Origin: Camelus ferus
Taxonomy: Eukaryota
Length of the DNA stretch: 64,000 nt
Assembly (NCBI RefSeq): GCF_009834535.1
Contig: NC_045707.1
Coordinates: forward strand, 58,158,001 to 58,222,000
Direction of reading: 5' to 3'
Of the stretch, positions 26,051 through 39,320 are shown in pieces. The notes beneath the pieces were generated by a model. It searched no databases. It saw only the letters and a program-made list of their open reading frames with translations, and had not been told where the DNA came from. A program made the position numbers and the translations under genes. Each line of letters starts with the position of its first letter. The first letter of the stretch is position 1.

Positions 26051-26194
26051 GTAAGAAGACCAAATTTTAAAAACACTTACTTTGTTTCCTTCAAATAATT
26101 TTTGAGTTGATTTTCCCTAATTAATAGTTTAACAAAAAAGAAACAACATCCTAAACTGGAACTCATTCTACCTTAACAGAAAGAATATGATGAA

Positions 26195-26425
26195 TTGGCA
26201 GTTTAAGATTTGCAGATACTAATAACTACTATATATATAAAATAGACAAACAACACGTTTCTTCTGTATAGCACAGGGAACTGTATTCAGTATCTTATAG
26301 TAACATAATGAAAGAGACTATGAAAACGAATACATATATGTATATGTATGCCTGAAACATTATGCTGTACACCAGAAATTGATGGAACATTGTAAACCGA
26401 CTAAACAACAATTTAAAAAAAAAAA
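26195..26425 (+). mobile_element. Younger LINE-1 3' end
   Basis: gatttgcagatactaa...ctgtatagcacagggaac...gctgtacaccagaaattga followed by poly-A; approximate TSD ..tatgatg. Confidence 0.8.
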
Positions 26426-27099
26426 GTATGATGGCTGAGAATAAGAAAAGTAGAAAATAAGAACAAAATATATGGTCTGGCACTGCTCTTTATAAACTAA
26501 GACTTAACAAAAATCTTTACATCCGTCAATGCAGAAAAGTCAGTTTAGAACTGATGGAGCGACTATTTCTAGGAGCAGTTTATTGGAACTTTAAGTCATT
26601 TCTTGCCTATTATGTAGGTCATATATTTTAAATGTATTTTTGTGAAATTGTTTTAAACTAAAATCACTTAACATATGTAGTGTCCTTGCTAAAACAAAAT
26701 TGTTTTTATGTTTATTTCTTGAGAAATAGATTCCTTTTTTAGCTATATATTGGTGTATTGATGCTATTAACATTTCTATTATTTTATATAAACTTTCTAA
26801 AAAATCACTTTTAACATTACTTTGTTCCATATATGTCTACTTTTTTAAAGCATGTTCAGAGGCTCTAAACTCTGAATAACTCCTACTTTAAATAAGAGAT
26901 GGGTACTAAATAAAATTATTCCTAATTGTAGACATTTTATGTTTTAAAAGCAAAATCTCATAGTATTATTTATGATAACATCAGTAACTATGTATGAATA
27001 AACTTCAGAAAATTAAACTTTTTTTTTTTTTCAGTTTGGAGCTAGCTTTTCTTTTGTTGGTCATTGAGATATTTCAGTTCTTTAAACCCTAAAGTGTGA

Positions 27100-27355
27100 G
27101 GCCCATGTAATGTTTGAAAATTTTGAGCCAACATTTAAAATTAAGGGTATTTGTATAAAATTTCAGGTTTCTTTCTTCTACTGATATATTAGAAGCTGTA
27201 GCAACACTGGGTCTGAATTCTCACATGTCAACAATTGGCTGGAGCCAAGTAGTTAGCAGTCCCCCATCCCCCTGGAATAGGGCCCTCCTGGCCCATTTTA
27301 CCCGTTCATGTAGCCTGGATGGCCACTACAGGCATAGTGGAGTTAAGAGATCTCT
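27100..27355. mobile_element. hAT-Charlie element (MER102-like)
   Basis: gcaacactgggtc...cacatgtcaacaattggctggagc motif. Confidence 0.55.
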
Positions 27356-28164
27356 GCTCTGAACTAATTCTAAAAACAACTTTAAAAACCCTCTTACTAC
27401 TATAATTTTGAAGTTTCTTTTGCTGTGACTTTGCTAATGACCCAGAGAGCCTTTTAAAAATCATTTTTAACATCACTTTGTTTCATGTATGTTCAGAGGC
27501 CCTAGTATTTTTCTAATATGTAAGTGGGAAGCTATTTTAACTATCCAGGGAAGGAAATAGATTTGAAGACTGATATTTGTTTACAATGATTTGTTTTTAA
27601 TGAAAGATAAATTTTTTTTCCCAAAAAAAATGTTTGCTCTTAGATACTAATAGAAATGAAAGGATACTGTTTATTTAGTCTACTACTGAATGAGGCCTGG
27701 GAAAGGTAGTAGCAGAAACTGATAAATTTGTGTGATGCCTACTAGCCATTCCATCGTTACTGTTTGTTTTTATTTCTTGAAGTGTTTAACGTTGGGTGTA
27801 GTAACTATCTCCCTATCAGACATTAATATCTGGGGCCTCATTCTCTTCATAGGATTCAGTTATTTTCTATTCAATAAATACTATTAAGTGTGTCTTTTGA
27901 GCAAAATTTTTGTCTCAGACACTAGACAAATGAAGTAATTAAAATTAGGTATTATCTTTATGCTCAAGAACATATCTAATTAGGGATACAGATACATGGT
28001 TAAACTAAGTGTTACAGGAGCATTGATGGGGCAAAAATTATTTCTGATTAGAGAATTTCAGAAGGCTTCACACAAGAGGTTGGCTTAGAATTGTTTTTAC
28101 ATTTACCTTGCAAAATGCTATCAAGATACATTGCTACCATGTGATTTACTGTAATCCTTAACAG

Positions 28165-28286
28165 AAGGAGAAAAGAAAGAAGAGGAGAAAGAAGGAGAAG
28201 ATAAATCACAACCTAAATCAATCAGAGAACGACGGCGACCAAGAGAGAAAAGAAGATCTACAGGAGTTTCATTTTGGACACAAGAT
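28165..28286 (+). CDS. PPP1R12A: MYPT1 exon 18 (EGEKKEEEKEGEDKSQPKSIRERRRPREKRRSTGVSFWTQD; ROCK site T853 codon at 28260-28262)
   Basis: cttaacag|AA ... GAT|gtgaga; 122 nt, phase 1-0. Confidence 0.96.
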
Positions 28287-28436
28287 GTGAGAACCTATTA
28301 AAATACTACTACTTGATAGTATGCTTCAACTTTCCAAGAGTACACACTAATGATTTCTTCTATGCCTCAGACAGTATATCCTTTAGATCATCACTGTGTG
28401 TCTTCAGCCATCTTATTGAAGTCCGGAAACTTCTTT

Positions 28437-28591
28437 TTTTTAATATTTGATTTATTATTGTATTATTTTTATTTTGGCAGAGGGGAGGTAATTAGATTTA
28501 TTTATCTTTAGAGGAGGTACTGGGGATTGAACCCAGGACCTTGTGCACGCTAAGCATGCGCTCTACCACTTGAGCTGTACCCTCTCCCCCT
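28437..28591 (-). mobile_element. tRNA-Ala-derived SINE (Vic-1-like), full length
   Basis: Perfect 13-bp TSD cggaaacttcttt (28424-28436; 28592-28604); A box agctcaagtgg and B box ggttcaatcc on the - strand; taattacctcccc tail motif. Confidence 0.92.
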
Positions 28592-29039
28592 CGGAAACTT
28601 CTTTATAAGAATGAACAACTGCTTAGATTTCTGGTATTAACTTGAAAGCAAGAGTTCTGTTCCAGTTTTGGAATAAAAATAATAATGGCTGCAGCTCAGC
28701 ATATGTATGTTGGTTGTTGTATAATGGCTACACTGCTTCCTTAGAGTTTCTTGAAAGAGGTGATTTATATGTAATCCCATTTTCATGAATATGATTATCA
28801 TATATTTAACAGTTCCATCTCAAATAATGCTGGATAGAAGAAGTGTTTTGCTTATCAAATTATAGCAATCCTATAAAATTTGATTTTTTTTCTTGATTTT
28901 TGATTGTATGCCTGATGTTGCTATTCATACGCAGGAGAAAGAAGAGCTATAGCATAACAGGGTTAGTGTGAAATTTGTATTGTTTCAGTACAATGGATAG
29001 CTACAGAAGGGCAAAAATTTGATTTTTTTTAAACCTGTT

Positions 29040-29720
29040 GATTATTTTTTCCTTTTTTAAAAAAATTTTAATACAGAAAAGTTTAAATATAAAAAAGTAT
29101 ATGACCCCAACCCCAGGTGTCCATTGTTTAAGCTAAATCCTCACCACTTCCCCCAGCTACCATATTATTTTGAAGAAACTCTTACGCATGTCATTTTATC
29201 TGTAAAATTTTCAGTATGTCCTTTTAAGAGATAAAAACTCCCTTTTAAAAATTATTAAAGTTTTATTTTTAAAAAAAAAGTAAAAATAACCACAGTACAT
29301 TATTAAACAAAAAATGATCACAGTACCATGACCATGCTTATTTTTAAATAAATTAACAATAAATCCTTAATATTGAACTCCAGTTTTAATGTCTTATTCA
29401 CTTACATTGCCATAAATGGTTTGTTGTTATAATTTTATACTTTGCTATTTTGATTAGGATCCAAATAAGGATCATACATTATGATTAGTTATTTCTTTAA
29501 AGTATCTTTTAATCAGTAAGTTACTCCCTCCATCTGTTTTTCTTACCATTATTTTTGAATGAACTGAGTTATCATAGATCCCTGAAATGTAATTTAACAC
29601 ATTCATGTATTTTTTAATGTTTCCTATAAATTGATGATTTCAGGTAGAGAAATGATGACATTCTGGTTCGATATTTTTTGGCAGGGTATTTTGTTCCTCC
29701 ATCAGGAAGTCCGTGATGTC
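29040..29720 (-). mobile_element. Old LINE-1 (L1MC-like) 3' fragment
   Basis: Motifs shared with the fragment at ~8000-8430 (ttaggatccaaataagg, catcaggaag...tgatgtctggttg). Confidence 0.5.
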
Positions 29721-31265
29721 TGGTTGATTTTAATTGATTGCCCAGTAACATTTAATAATAGTAAAATAAAAGCTCACAGTCTTAGCACCTTAACATAGTG
29801 ACTCTTACTACTTAAAATGATCTCATCTTTTAAGTAACATATGTATATAATGTATTAAGAGTTTCATAGGCAAAACTGTACTTATTATATAATACTTAAT
29901 TTTTACCAATTTTATTTAGACCAGCTCTCCCTGCAAAAGTCCACTTTCTGGAGTCATAACACTTAACCAGCATTATAAGGATTCTTCCTGAGATCCATAC
30001 TGGCAGTACTCATCTTTTTAAGTTGAACTTGCATTCAGTTGTATTCTAATCAGCCATCAGCAAAGTCTCCTTTCCCTTCACGGCCACATGTTTAATCCTG
30101 TATCAGACAAGAAACAAAAGAACCAAGGGCTCTGTCAAAGAAAGGTAGTGTGTAGTTAGGCAAGTTTTTGCTCTGTTAACTTATTAAGTTCCCCCTTTTT
30201 TTATTTTTTGTTTTTTTAGTTAATTCTTTTCAGGACCTCTGAGCCTCCCCACTTTGTGAATTTCCAGTTCCTGTGTTCTCCCATGAAACTGCAGTGTATA
30301 AACACAGTCAGTTCATAATGTGATGTTCATACATTTATATTAATAAATAATACTAGCAGTAGCAGAACTAATTTCTCCTTAGTAACTTCACGTATTATTT
30401 TCGCTAGGTATACGTGACAGCTTGTACAAAGATTCCCTGTAATCCTTGGGACAATTCTGTTGAGTTTTTATTTCTTCTTTATGGATGAGGAAACTATGGC
30501 TCAATAACTTTTTAAATAAATTTACCCTAAGTCACATCGCTAAAAATAGCTATACCAGTCTGAAATAGGATGATCTAGTTTTAAAGCCTGTGATGTGTTT
30601 ATACTGAGCCTGAGTCAGACACGTTTGAGTGCAAGTTTCCCCTTTCATTGAATCCTTTGAGGTTTGTTGAGCCTTCTAGTAGAATGTTCCCGTTGTCTGG
30701 GGTCTAGGCTTTTAGCCTGCTGACACCTTCATTTTCTATTTGGTGTGCTGTAAACTCCCAAGAAATTCCTAGACGGATGAACTACCTAAACATAATAGGA
30801 CTGTTGCATAAATCTTGCCAAGCTTATAGAATATAGCTCTTCTTACTTAAGATAGTGAGTTTCCTATTTTTGCTGCCTCCTTATAGTTGAGCAGCTAAAC
30901 AGTACCTAAATTGACTATTAAAGAGTATGTGGTACCATTACAATATAAAATTGAGTATCTTCTTTCTCATTCTAAGCCTCCAGCTTCCTCATTCCCAATA
31001 TGAATGTGTTTCCTAAATCATATTGTTAGGTAGATGGTCTTTCTTCACCATATATACTAACGTACTTAGATTGTACCATACGGACAAAAGAGGCTTCCAA
31101 ATAGGGTAGAAAATGTCCCACTTAAAAACCAGCTTTCCTTTTGATCCATTTCCTGTTAGGTTTTTCTCAAGGGTCATTTTAAATTAGAAAACCCTAATGT
31201 ATTTAAATATTAACCATTTGAAATTTATCCTTACTTTTCTAAAATAAGTTGATAATCTGTTTTAG

Positions 31266-31331
31266 AGTGATGAAAATGAACAAGAACAACAATCAGATAC
31301 AGAAGAGGGATCCAATAAGAAAGAAACTCAG
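31266..31331 (+). CDS. PPP1R12A: MYPT1 exon 19 (SDENEQEQQSDTEEGSNKKETQ)
   Basis: gtttttag|AGT ... CAG|gtaaat; 66 nt, phase 0-0. Confidence 0.95.
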
Positions 31332-31671
31332 GTAAATAACATTAATTTTTGTATTTAGAAGTATTCGTATTTTTTAAAGTTTACTTTTTACTTGTGTTTA
31401 TATTTATTGATGCAAGACAGTTACTGCACACTGTACCTGTATGCTGGGGATAGACCATCAGTGATTTTCTGGGATCAGGACTGAAGGGACTGGGAAGGGG
31501 CACGAAGGGTATTTTAGAGACATTGGAAATGTTCTGAGTCTTCATTGTAGAGGTTGTATTTTGGATATACACAGCTGTCAAAACTCATCAAATTGTATAC
31601 TCTAAGTGGATGTGGTTTATTATATGTATATTAAACTTTGAAGTTGAAAAGAAATAGCAAAAGAGAGAATA

Positions 31672-32019
31672 CAGGTTTCCACTGCTATCCAAAAGTAGAA
31701 TGTTCCCATAGATCTATTGTAAGCCAGGTAAAGTGAAGAAGGAATTACCTTAAGATACATTTTGCTAATGGATGCAAGAGATAAATTAAGATAAATCACA
31801 ATGCTCAAGGACAAGTTCAAAACTACGGCAGCTTGATGCTGAGATGCTGAGTGTAGTTCCCAGGGAGGAGCTTGGCAGTGTGCTTCCCTTGCTGCCCAGG
31901 GTGTGCCGCCTCTGTGATGGCTCGCTGCGAAACAGATGCTAAATGCTATTATTACTTTTCAACTTTTTCGTAAAAGCAAAGTGGTACAAAGCGAACTTTT
32001 GAAAAGCAGGGTCTACCTA
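31672..32019. mobile_element. TcMar-Tigger-type non-autonomous DNA transposon
   Basis: TA flanks (31670-31671, 32020-32021); 25-bp imperfect TIRs caggtttccactgctatccaaaagt vs RC taggtagaccctgcttttcaaaagt (18/25). Confidence 0.75.
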
Positions 32020-34839
32020 TAATACCATTGACCAAAGAAAAGTACGTAAAGGATATCCAGAAGTAATGCATACATTACTAGACCCAGATTTTAGTTTTGT
32101 AAATGGCAAAGTTTTGTTCTGGGGAAGATAATAGGTCTTTTTCACTTTCTTTACTTTTGTTTAAAAATTTACTGTCTCTAAAGGATTTATACATTAATTA
32201 TTTCCCAGTAATTTTCAGGAAAAAGCTTTTTTTCCCTTAGTACTGATGAAGAAACTAAGGCAAGTTTGAATGACTTAAGATTGCATGGCTAGCAGTGGTG
32301 AAAGTTTCTTCCCACTAGTTTTCCCTGCCCCTCTATGCTCTGCTCTTTGGCTGTGCAGAAAGCTGACATACTTTGAAGAGCTCCATTCACACAGGGGTAG
32401 ACCTGTGCCACTTTAGTTAGTCCTTCATGTTATAAACTCAGCACAATCTAACCTGAAATGGCATTCTGGTCATATCTTCATTTTGACTTGGTGTTTTAAA
32501 TAAAGCTGTTAAAATTACTTTTAGTCACAAGGACCTACAATAATGAAGTGACCAGAAGTTGGTTCCTTGTGCTAGGTGACTGTGGACATTACTCTTAAGG
32601 GCAGGTTTGCCTATTTTGACCCAACAGGTACTTTTATTTTATCTTTACATGGCCAGACAGATTGAGGAATTAATTACTTCCAAGGCTAAATTATTTGCAG
32701 GGCTTAAGTTTTGTCACTTTTAAACCCTTTGCCTGTCCGTACTCCCCCAATTCACCTATGTCTCTTATTTATTATATTCTGTAAACTTGTCCATCATCTT
32801 CTTTGTCCAGTGGTACCTATGAACTCCCATCTTGCAAGGAAAAACAATGGACAGGTAAACAAGAACAAGAGAATTAGTAAACCATCTCCAGCTGACACTT
32901 CTCACTGCCGTATCACACAGATCCCACATCCCACCAAGCTGGGATAGGAGGGAAGAGATTTTTCTGGCTTCCAAAGTTGATTTTGGAACATATTAATATA
33001 TGTTGTGTTTAGGTTTTACTGTTAAAATTATACATGAGATATATTAAGGTTGAGTAGAATATTTCCAGGAAGAAAAATTTTCTTAGTTCCAAACAATTGA
33101 AACAGTTTGTTCATTTTAAATAGAGGATTGTTTAGATCTTGCTTTGTGCTAACATCTTTCAGTTACAAGTAACAGAGGAGGGTTTCAGGGTGCGTAAGTG
33201 TCTTAACCTCCATTCTTTCTTTCAAGTAACAGAAAATCCAGCTTAAACTGGATTAAACAAAGAGAATTTATTGTATTCCAGTTATATTACACAATCCACT
33301 AGGTCAGCTTCATCCTCAGGATGGTTTACCTCATAGGATTGGGACTATAATAACTAGTTTAGGCCAGACGAGGCCTCCCACTGAGACGTTGCAGCTGTTT
33401 TGCTATTAATGTGGGCTGCGTGACCGTCTCACCTAAACCTAATGACTGGTATACCATGAGGAAAAGAAAGAATGGAGGTTAAGACACTTACGCACCCTGA
33501 AACCCTCCACAATAGGCAAATAAAGTACTTCCACCCAGTAAGTGTGTTGCACTCTTATGAAACTTTGTAGCATTAGCCTTTATCTTTCTATGAAAAATAT
33601 GAGCAGCACAATTCTGTGCTTTTTCTGAAATTGTATTATCATCACCTCAAAAGTGTGTTTGATAATAAAACTTATATTTGGTTTATAGAATCCAAGTTCA
33701 CCACATTGAAAAATGGCTTTGTGGCATATACTTTTTTGCTTCAAAGAAAAGTAAATTATAATTTGCCAAAAAGTTGTTGAAATTTCTGAATTGCCTACGA
33801 AGCTGCCTACAGGATATAAACTTAGAGAAAATTAAGGTAAAATTTGATCACAGAAAATTTGAATTACTTTATCATAATACCATTCATTATTCCTTAAGTA
33901 GGATTCCGTTGCTTCGGTTATTATGATTTGCTTTCTTTAAATTATTGGATGGTAACTTTTACCATGCAAAGCACATTGGTAATAAATCAGGAATTTAAGT
34001 AAGACACCAAGGCAAGAAACCATAAAGAAAAGATTAACAGATTTGATTATTTAAACATGTAAAGTTAAACAGTGGCAAAAAAGAGACACTCATTAAAATT
34101 GAGACACATATTTGTTCAGTCAAAAGTAAATAATCTTAGCACTCTTTCATATTATTTTAAAGATTAATATTTGTACTGTTTGAAAAACGTAGTAAAAAAT
34201 AAATGGAGGCAGAATCCATGAAATTTATAAATGTTACAAAAGAAGTCTAAGTGGATGGCCAGTACGCTTGAAATGCAGTATTTAATCTCATTAATAAACC
34301 AAAGACATAACAAGTAATACAAAAGTGAAATTGCAAAGGTTAATAATACCCAGGTTTGGCATGATTTAATATTGAAATAGGCATTTTCATACAAGACTTT
34401 GGGGCTATAATAAATTCATTTTCTTTGGAGATAAGTTTAGCAATACAAATCTGAAGACTTGCAAAAAAGTTCATGCCTTTTAGTTTAGCCTTTTCACTTC
34501 GAGAAATTTGTTCCCAGTGAAATGACTTCAGGGTGCAAAGACAAATATACTGAGTGTTAATAGCAGCATGGCTCTTAAAATATTGAAAACACCCTAAGTG
34601 TCTGTTAGATGAGAAGAGATTAAATAAAATATATTTGCATGGATAGATATTTTATGTGTTCACGTAGATATGTATATAGAAAAGGTTAACAGTGGTTATC
34701 TAGGGGGGTTGAGAGATGGGGAATTATAGAGGAACTTTTTATACTTGTGGTACTTACATGAGCTTATGGTACTGAATCAGAAAAATTTTAAAGGGTATTT
34801 TTACTTTGGAAAAAGAACTTTAAAACACAGGGAGCAAGG

Positions 34840-35135
34840 ACAGTATGCTAAGTGAAAAACTGGTCACAAAAAACAGTATATGATCTGTATGATTCCACTT
34901 ATATGGGGTACCTGAAGTATTGAAATTCATGGAAACAGAAAATAGAATTGTGGTTTCCAGAAGCTGAGGGTCGGAGGATATGGAGAGTTCAGTTTTGCAA
35001 GATAAGAAAAGATGCTAGAGAGAGCTGTTGCACAACAATGTGAATCAAGTCAGCACTACTCGACTATACTCTTAAAAGTGGCTTACATAGTGTATTTTTT
35101 TGTTGTGTGTTTTTACTATAATTTCTAAAATATAA
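34840..35135 (+). mobile_element. Old LINE-1 3' end (L1MA/MB-like)
   Basis: tatgctaagtgaaa..., tgtatgattccacttatatg, gttgcacaacaatgtgaat motifs. Confidence 0.7.
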
Positions 35136-35349
35136 AATAGTAACCAGTGATAGCACCATGATTTTTAAAGACAAAGAAATAGAATTTGAATGATTTCTGT
35201 GACTGCCTGGAGTTCTTATTTATTCTTAAAATTTAAATCAGTGAACCAGAGTGCAGACTGTGAGGTGAGATAACAATATTTTCATTTGATATGTATACAT
35301 TTTTTTTCATGCATGGATATTTTCCTGAATTTGAATAAATAGTATCTTT

Positions 35350-35522
35350 TGTTTGTTTCATTGAGATATAGTAGACATATAAGATGTTAGTTTCATATGT
35401 ATAGTTATTCAATGTTTGTATATTGTGAAATGATCAGTATAGTAAGACTAGTTAACATCCATCACCACACATAATTACAAATTTTTTTGTGATAAGAACT
35501 TTAAAAATTTACTCTTAGCAGC
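35350..35522 (-). mobile_element. LINE-1 3' end fragment (L1MA-like)
   Basis: tattgtgaaatgatca..., gttaacatccatcacc, aaatttactcttagca motifs. Confidence 0.65.
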
Positions 35523-36564
35523 ATATGAATTTAAATATCTTAAAAATTGAAATTTAACATCAAATTATTAGTTTATTATAAAACTAAAGAATAAATCAAT
35601 AAAGTAAAGCATTAATCAAAAAAATAGGAAGCAAGTACAGAATTGGTTTTGCAAAGGAAATTTAAATAGATTTTATTAATACATTTTTAGTCCAAATTAG
35701 ACTTCAGACAGTCCCAAAGGATTTGAATAATTTCACAATGCATTCAAAGTTACATATAATGGAGGGGAAAAAACTAAATTCAAGAGTATAACAAACTGTT
35801 TCTGAATAGTTACTTTATAGAAAATTATAGATTCAGAGAGTGTTTCAATAGAAAGAGAAAGAGCTAAAGAGGACCACCAAAAATAAATTAATCAACTCCA
35901 GTAAGACTATTTTATCCTATTAATCATTTCAGCATTTAGATAAGAAGTATTATTGGAATTTCAATACAGCATACCACTTGCTTAAAAAAATTAATCATAA
36001 TTTACTATCACCTAATTACTAAACTTTGAAAGAATATACAGCTGGATTTCCAGAAAGTAAATTTTAAACAAAATATGTATATACTGTTGTATGTAAAATA
36101 CTGTAAGTATTCATTTGTTTGTCTCTCATGTTACTGCCTCAAAAATAGAAAAATGGGAAAAATAGTTGCAGTAAAAGATATCACATAGTTAACTTGCGTA
36201 TCTTAATGTAAATACGTTACTTTCTCCTGCTAAGTAGGTGTAAGTTGTGGATATATGTCTTAGTTTCTCTTTTTTTTTTCCTTCTAATTAAAAAAAATAA
36301 TGTATGGTGGCATTTGTAGGAATTCACAAAAAGTGGCTATAAATTGCAAAATGTAATTTTATAGTATTAGTCATGTAGAAATATACAGTGACTATTCTAG
36401 AACTTCTTTCCAAGAACAGCCACATTAAAGTTAAAACATATAATAAATAAGTGTTAGTTTAATAGTGTGAAAACAGTTTTGATGTTACATTTACTTGATT
36501 AATCAATGTTACTTTAATGAAAGCATAAAAATTTAGTTATGCCTTTGTTTTTCTCTCTTTATAG

Positions 36565-36581
36565 ACGGATTCCATTTCTAG
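36565..36581 (+). CDS. PPP1R12A: MYPT1 exon 20, 17-nt microexon (TDSIS+R)
   Basis: tctctctttatag|ACG ... TAG|gtatgt; required to bridge phase 0 (exon 19) to phase 2 (exon 21). Confidence 0.92.
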
Positions 36582-37232
36582 GTATGTTTTTTTTTTTTTT
36601 TACTGACCTTTTTCTCATTTGTATTCTTTCTGAAAATATGTTGCTAGATACATATGAATTTTTAAGTTGATAGAATTATTTTAGTAATAAAAATCTATAG
36701 ATGTTTAGATGACTTACTGTTACTAGCTTTGTCAGTTACTTTACTTCTAGTTCAATAGTCACAGTAAGTCACTAAGAAGGAAGATTTTTCTCAAATCTGC
36801 AACAGTGATAAGTTTTCCTAAGCTTCCTAAGTTACTTCAGCATTGACCATCTCATTATTCACATCAGGAGCTGATGAAACCCACCAGAAATTTATTTCAT
36901 TAGGCATTCAGGATCTTCTCTCTTATCCTTACTGTAGATCAAAGAAAACCAGTGAAGACACTTGTAAAAAGTGTCACGTAGCTCAAATTGTTCATCTTTT
37001 CAGGGAACCTCCACAATACCCTTGAATCTAGTTTCCATTCCTCTTCTCCTGCCCATCATTGTTAACAAAGCCTTGTAAAACCAAGAACAAATTTTTATAT
37101 ACTGATGTTGTATTAAATTGAAATGTGGGGGCAGTAGCATTTATCAGAAAAGGTAATCCAAATTTAGAACCCGGTAATAAGAGGATCCTCATCTTCAAAT
37201 GCGTTATGTTCTTGTTTAGGACAAACCTACTA

Positions 37233-37336
37233 CTGTTGTCCCTTGGTGTCCCCGAGGGATTGGTTCCAGGAATTCTCCTCCCCCACAGATACCAAAATTC
37301 ACAAATGCTGAAGTCCTTACTAAAATTGACATAGTA
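37233..37336 (+). mobile_element. MER2/Tigger-family terminal fragment
   Basis: ta|ctgttgtcccttggtgtcc..gggattggttccagga...gataccaaaattcac..atgctgaagtcc. Confidence 0.7.
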
Positions 37337-37775
37337 CTGTCAGTTTGGATAGACTGTAGTTCATCATCTAAAATGTTACTTGATTTTAAAATACAATTAT
37401 GTTGTATGCCACTTTAAAAAAGGAAAAATGGTATCAGTTAAACTAAAATACACCATCAACTGTAAGCCTTGTTCTGATTTCAGAAGTGTGAAAAAAATAC
37501 ACAGTTTAAAATAGTTGAAATAATTTATCATGATGTAAAACCAGTTTTTACTTTCAGATACAGAAATTTTGAATCCCTTTCTCAAATAATTGAAATTAGT
37601 ATTAAAAATAACTTCCCAATTATTTATTATATATCATGAAAGTTGATTAGATAGCAGATGAAGGAGAATGTTGCCTACTGTTTTGGAGTATCAGTAATAG
37701 ATGCTAAGACGTATGTTAACATAAGTGGTGAAAGCCTGTAATAAGGATTTTGACTCTAAACTCAATCTTTTGAAG

Positions 37776-37911
37776 ATACGAAACCAGTTCCACATCAGCT
37801 AGTGATCGGTATGATTCCTCACTGGGTCGGTCTGTATCTTACAGTTACTTAGAAGAAAGAAAACCTTACGGTACCAGGCTAGAGAAGGATGACTCAACTG
37901 ACTTTAAAAAG
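37776..37911 (+). CDS. PPP1R12A: MYPT1 exon 21 (YETSSTSASDRYDSSLGRSVSYSYLEERKPYGTRLEKDDSTDFKK; S910)
   Basis: ttttgaag|A ... AAG|gtattt; 136 nt, phase 2-0. Confidence 0.95.
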
Positions 37912-38200
37912 GTATTTGGGTTATTTAGTTATGTTTAATTTAAAATAATCTTTTTGTTGAGATATTTATGATTGGATATTACTCTTGGAAACGCATAATT
38001 AAATCAGTTTCTTGAAATAACTTACTTTAATTTTCAGTTTTGGTCAATTAATGGTAAATAGAATATAAATAGCTGTTTGTTTGTTTTTTAAAGGAATGGG
38101 GCCAGGACTTTACTTCACATTTAAGTGTCTTAGGCCAGTACTGTGATACTGTGATTGTGCTGAAAGAGGGAACAATGAGTAGATTTAGGGTGGGGGGATA

Positions 38201-38226
38201 GTGTGTGTGTGTGTGTGTGTATGTGT
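38201..38226. repeat. (GT)n microsatellite
   Basis: Direct reading. Confidence 0.9.
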
Positions 38227-38583
38227 CTTTTCTTGATCTATTTGTTAACAAGAAACAGCCAAATATGGCTTTTCCCAGGAGCTTGTCCCAGGAGAATAGT
38301 TTTTATTAGGTAACTGACTTGTGATAGTTCAGGTGCTATTAAGGATGAAGCATTGAACTAATTAAGAAATAAGTCCTAGAAACTCAACAATCTAGGATTC
38401 TGATGATTTTAATTCTTCATAGCATAAGCTTCAAATAAACCTAACGAAGTTTGTTGGATGACAAAGCCTGTGGTATTTGTACATGTCCGCAGGTGTTTGG
38501 CATCTGTTTGAATTGTCCAGTTTCTTACAAGCCAAATCTACAAGAGAAGGAAGGTAGAGCATCAGTTTACATTAGGAATAAGA

Positions 38584-39320
38584 TTCACTCATTCATTCAG
38601 TTAGGAGCTGAACACTGAACTGTGCTAAGTAGTGAACTCATGGGCAATAGAGATGGAGGTACTGTCCCTGCTCTTATGAGCATCTTCCAGGTAGTAGGCA
38701 AGCAGACATTATCATATAGTCATAATAATAAATGTTTAATTTAAAAATTGAAACAATTATCCTGAAGTAAACCATTTTATAAAAGTGTGTAACAAAAGAA
38801 AGTGACAGGGCATGAGGATAGATTTCCTGAGGAAGTAAAACTTCAGCCAAGAACAGAAGGATGATTAGCAGTTAACTGGCAAAAATGGGAGAAAAAAGTG
38901 TTCCAGGTGGAGGGAACCGCAAGCAAGCACACAGACCAGCCTGGTGGTGGGAGTGTACGTGATGCATTGAAGTAATTAAATTTTCAGTGTGGCTGCTAGA
39001 GCCCAGGGGGTGGTGGCCAGATGTGTAGGCTAGGACAGTGCCTTACGGGCTGTTTTAAGCATATCCTTATATGGAGAACACTGGGGCGCCATTCAGAGGT
39101 TTTTAGTGTATGGGGGTTAAAGGAATGGTTGGCATATGAAAATTATGTAATTGTCCTTTTAAAAAGCTAACTCTTGCTGTTGTGTATAAAACAGTTTAGA
39201 AGGGAGGTCAGGAGAATAATTCTAGTAATAGAAATGTCTAGATAAGAGATGATTATAGCCATCTATGGTGGTAGTAATAGAGATGAGGGGCAAAGAAGTA
39301 GTAGATTCAAGTGTTACGAA
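38584..39320 (-). mobile_element. LINE-2 fragment
   Basis: Begins with the attcactcattcattca L2 tail; gtccctgctcttatgag, gtgttccaggtggagggaac motifs. Confidence 0.7.

Noticed and set aside
28155..28164. U12-type branch site TCCTTAAC before exon 18
   Set aside because: It abuts the AG directly, too close for a branch site, and the upstream donor is U2-type gtaaga rather than GTATCCTT
28510..28590. tRNA-Ala gene
   Set aside because: Has a SINE tail and 13-bp TSD, and is one of five diverged copies; it is a SINE head, not a tRNA
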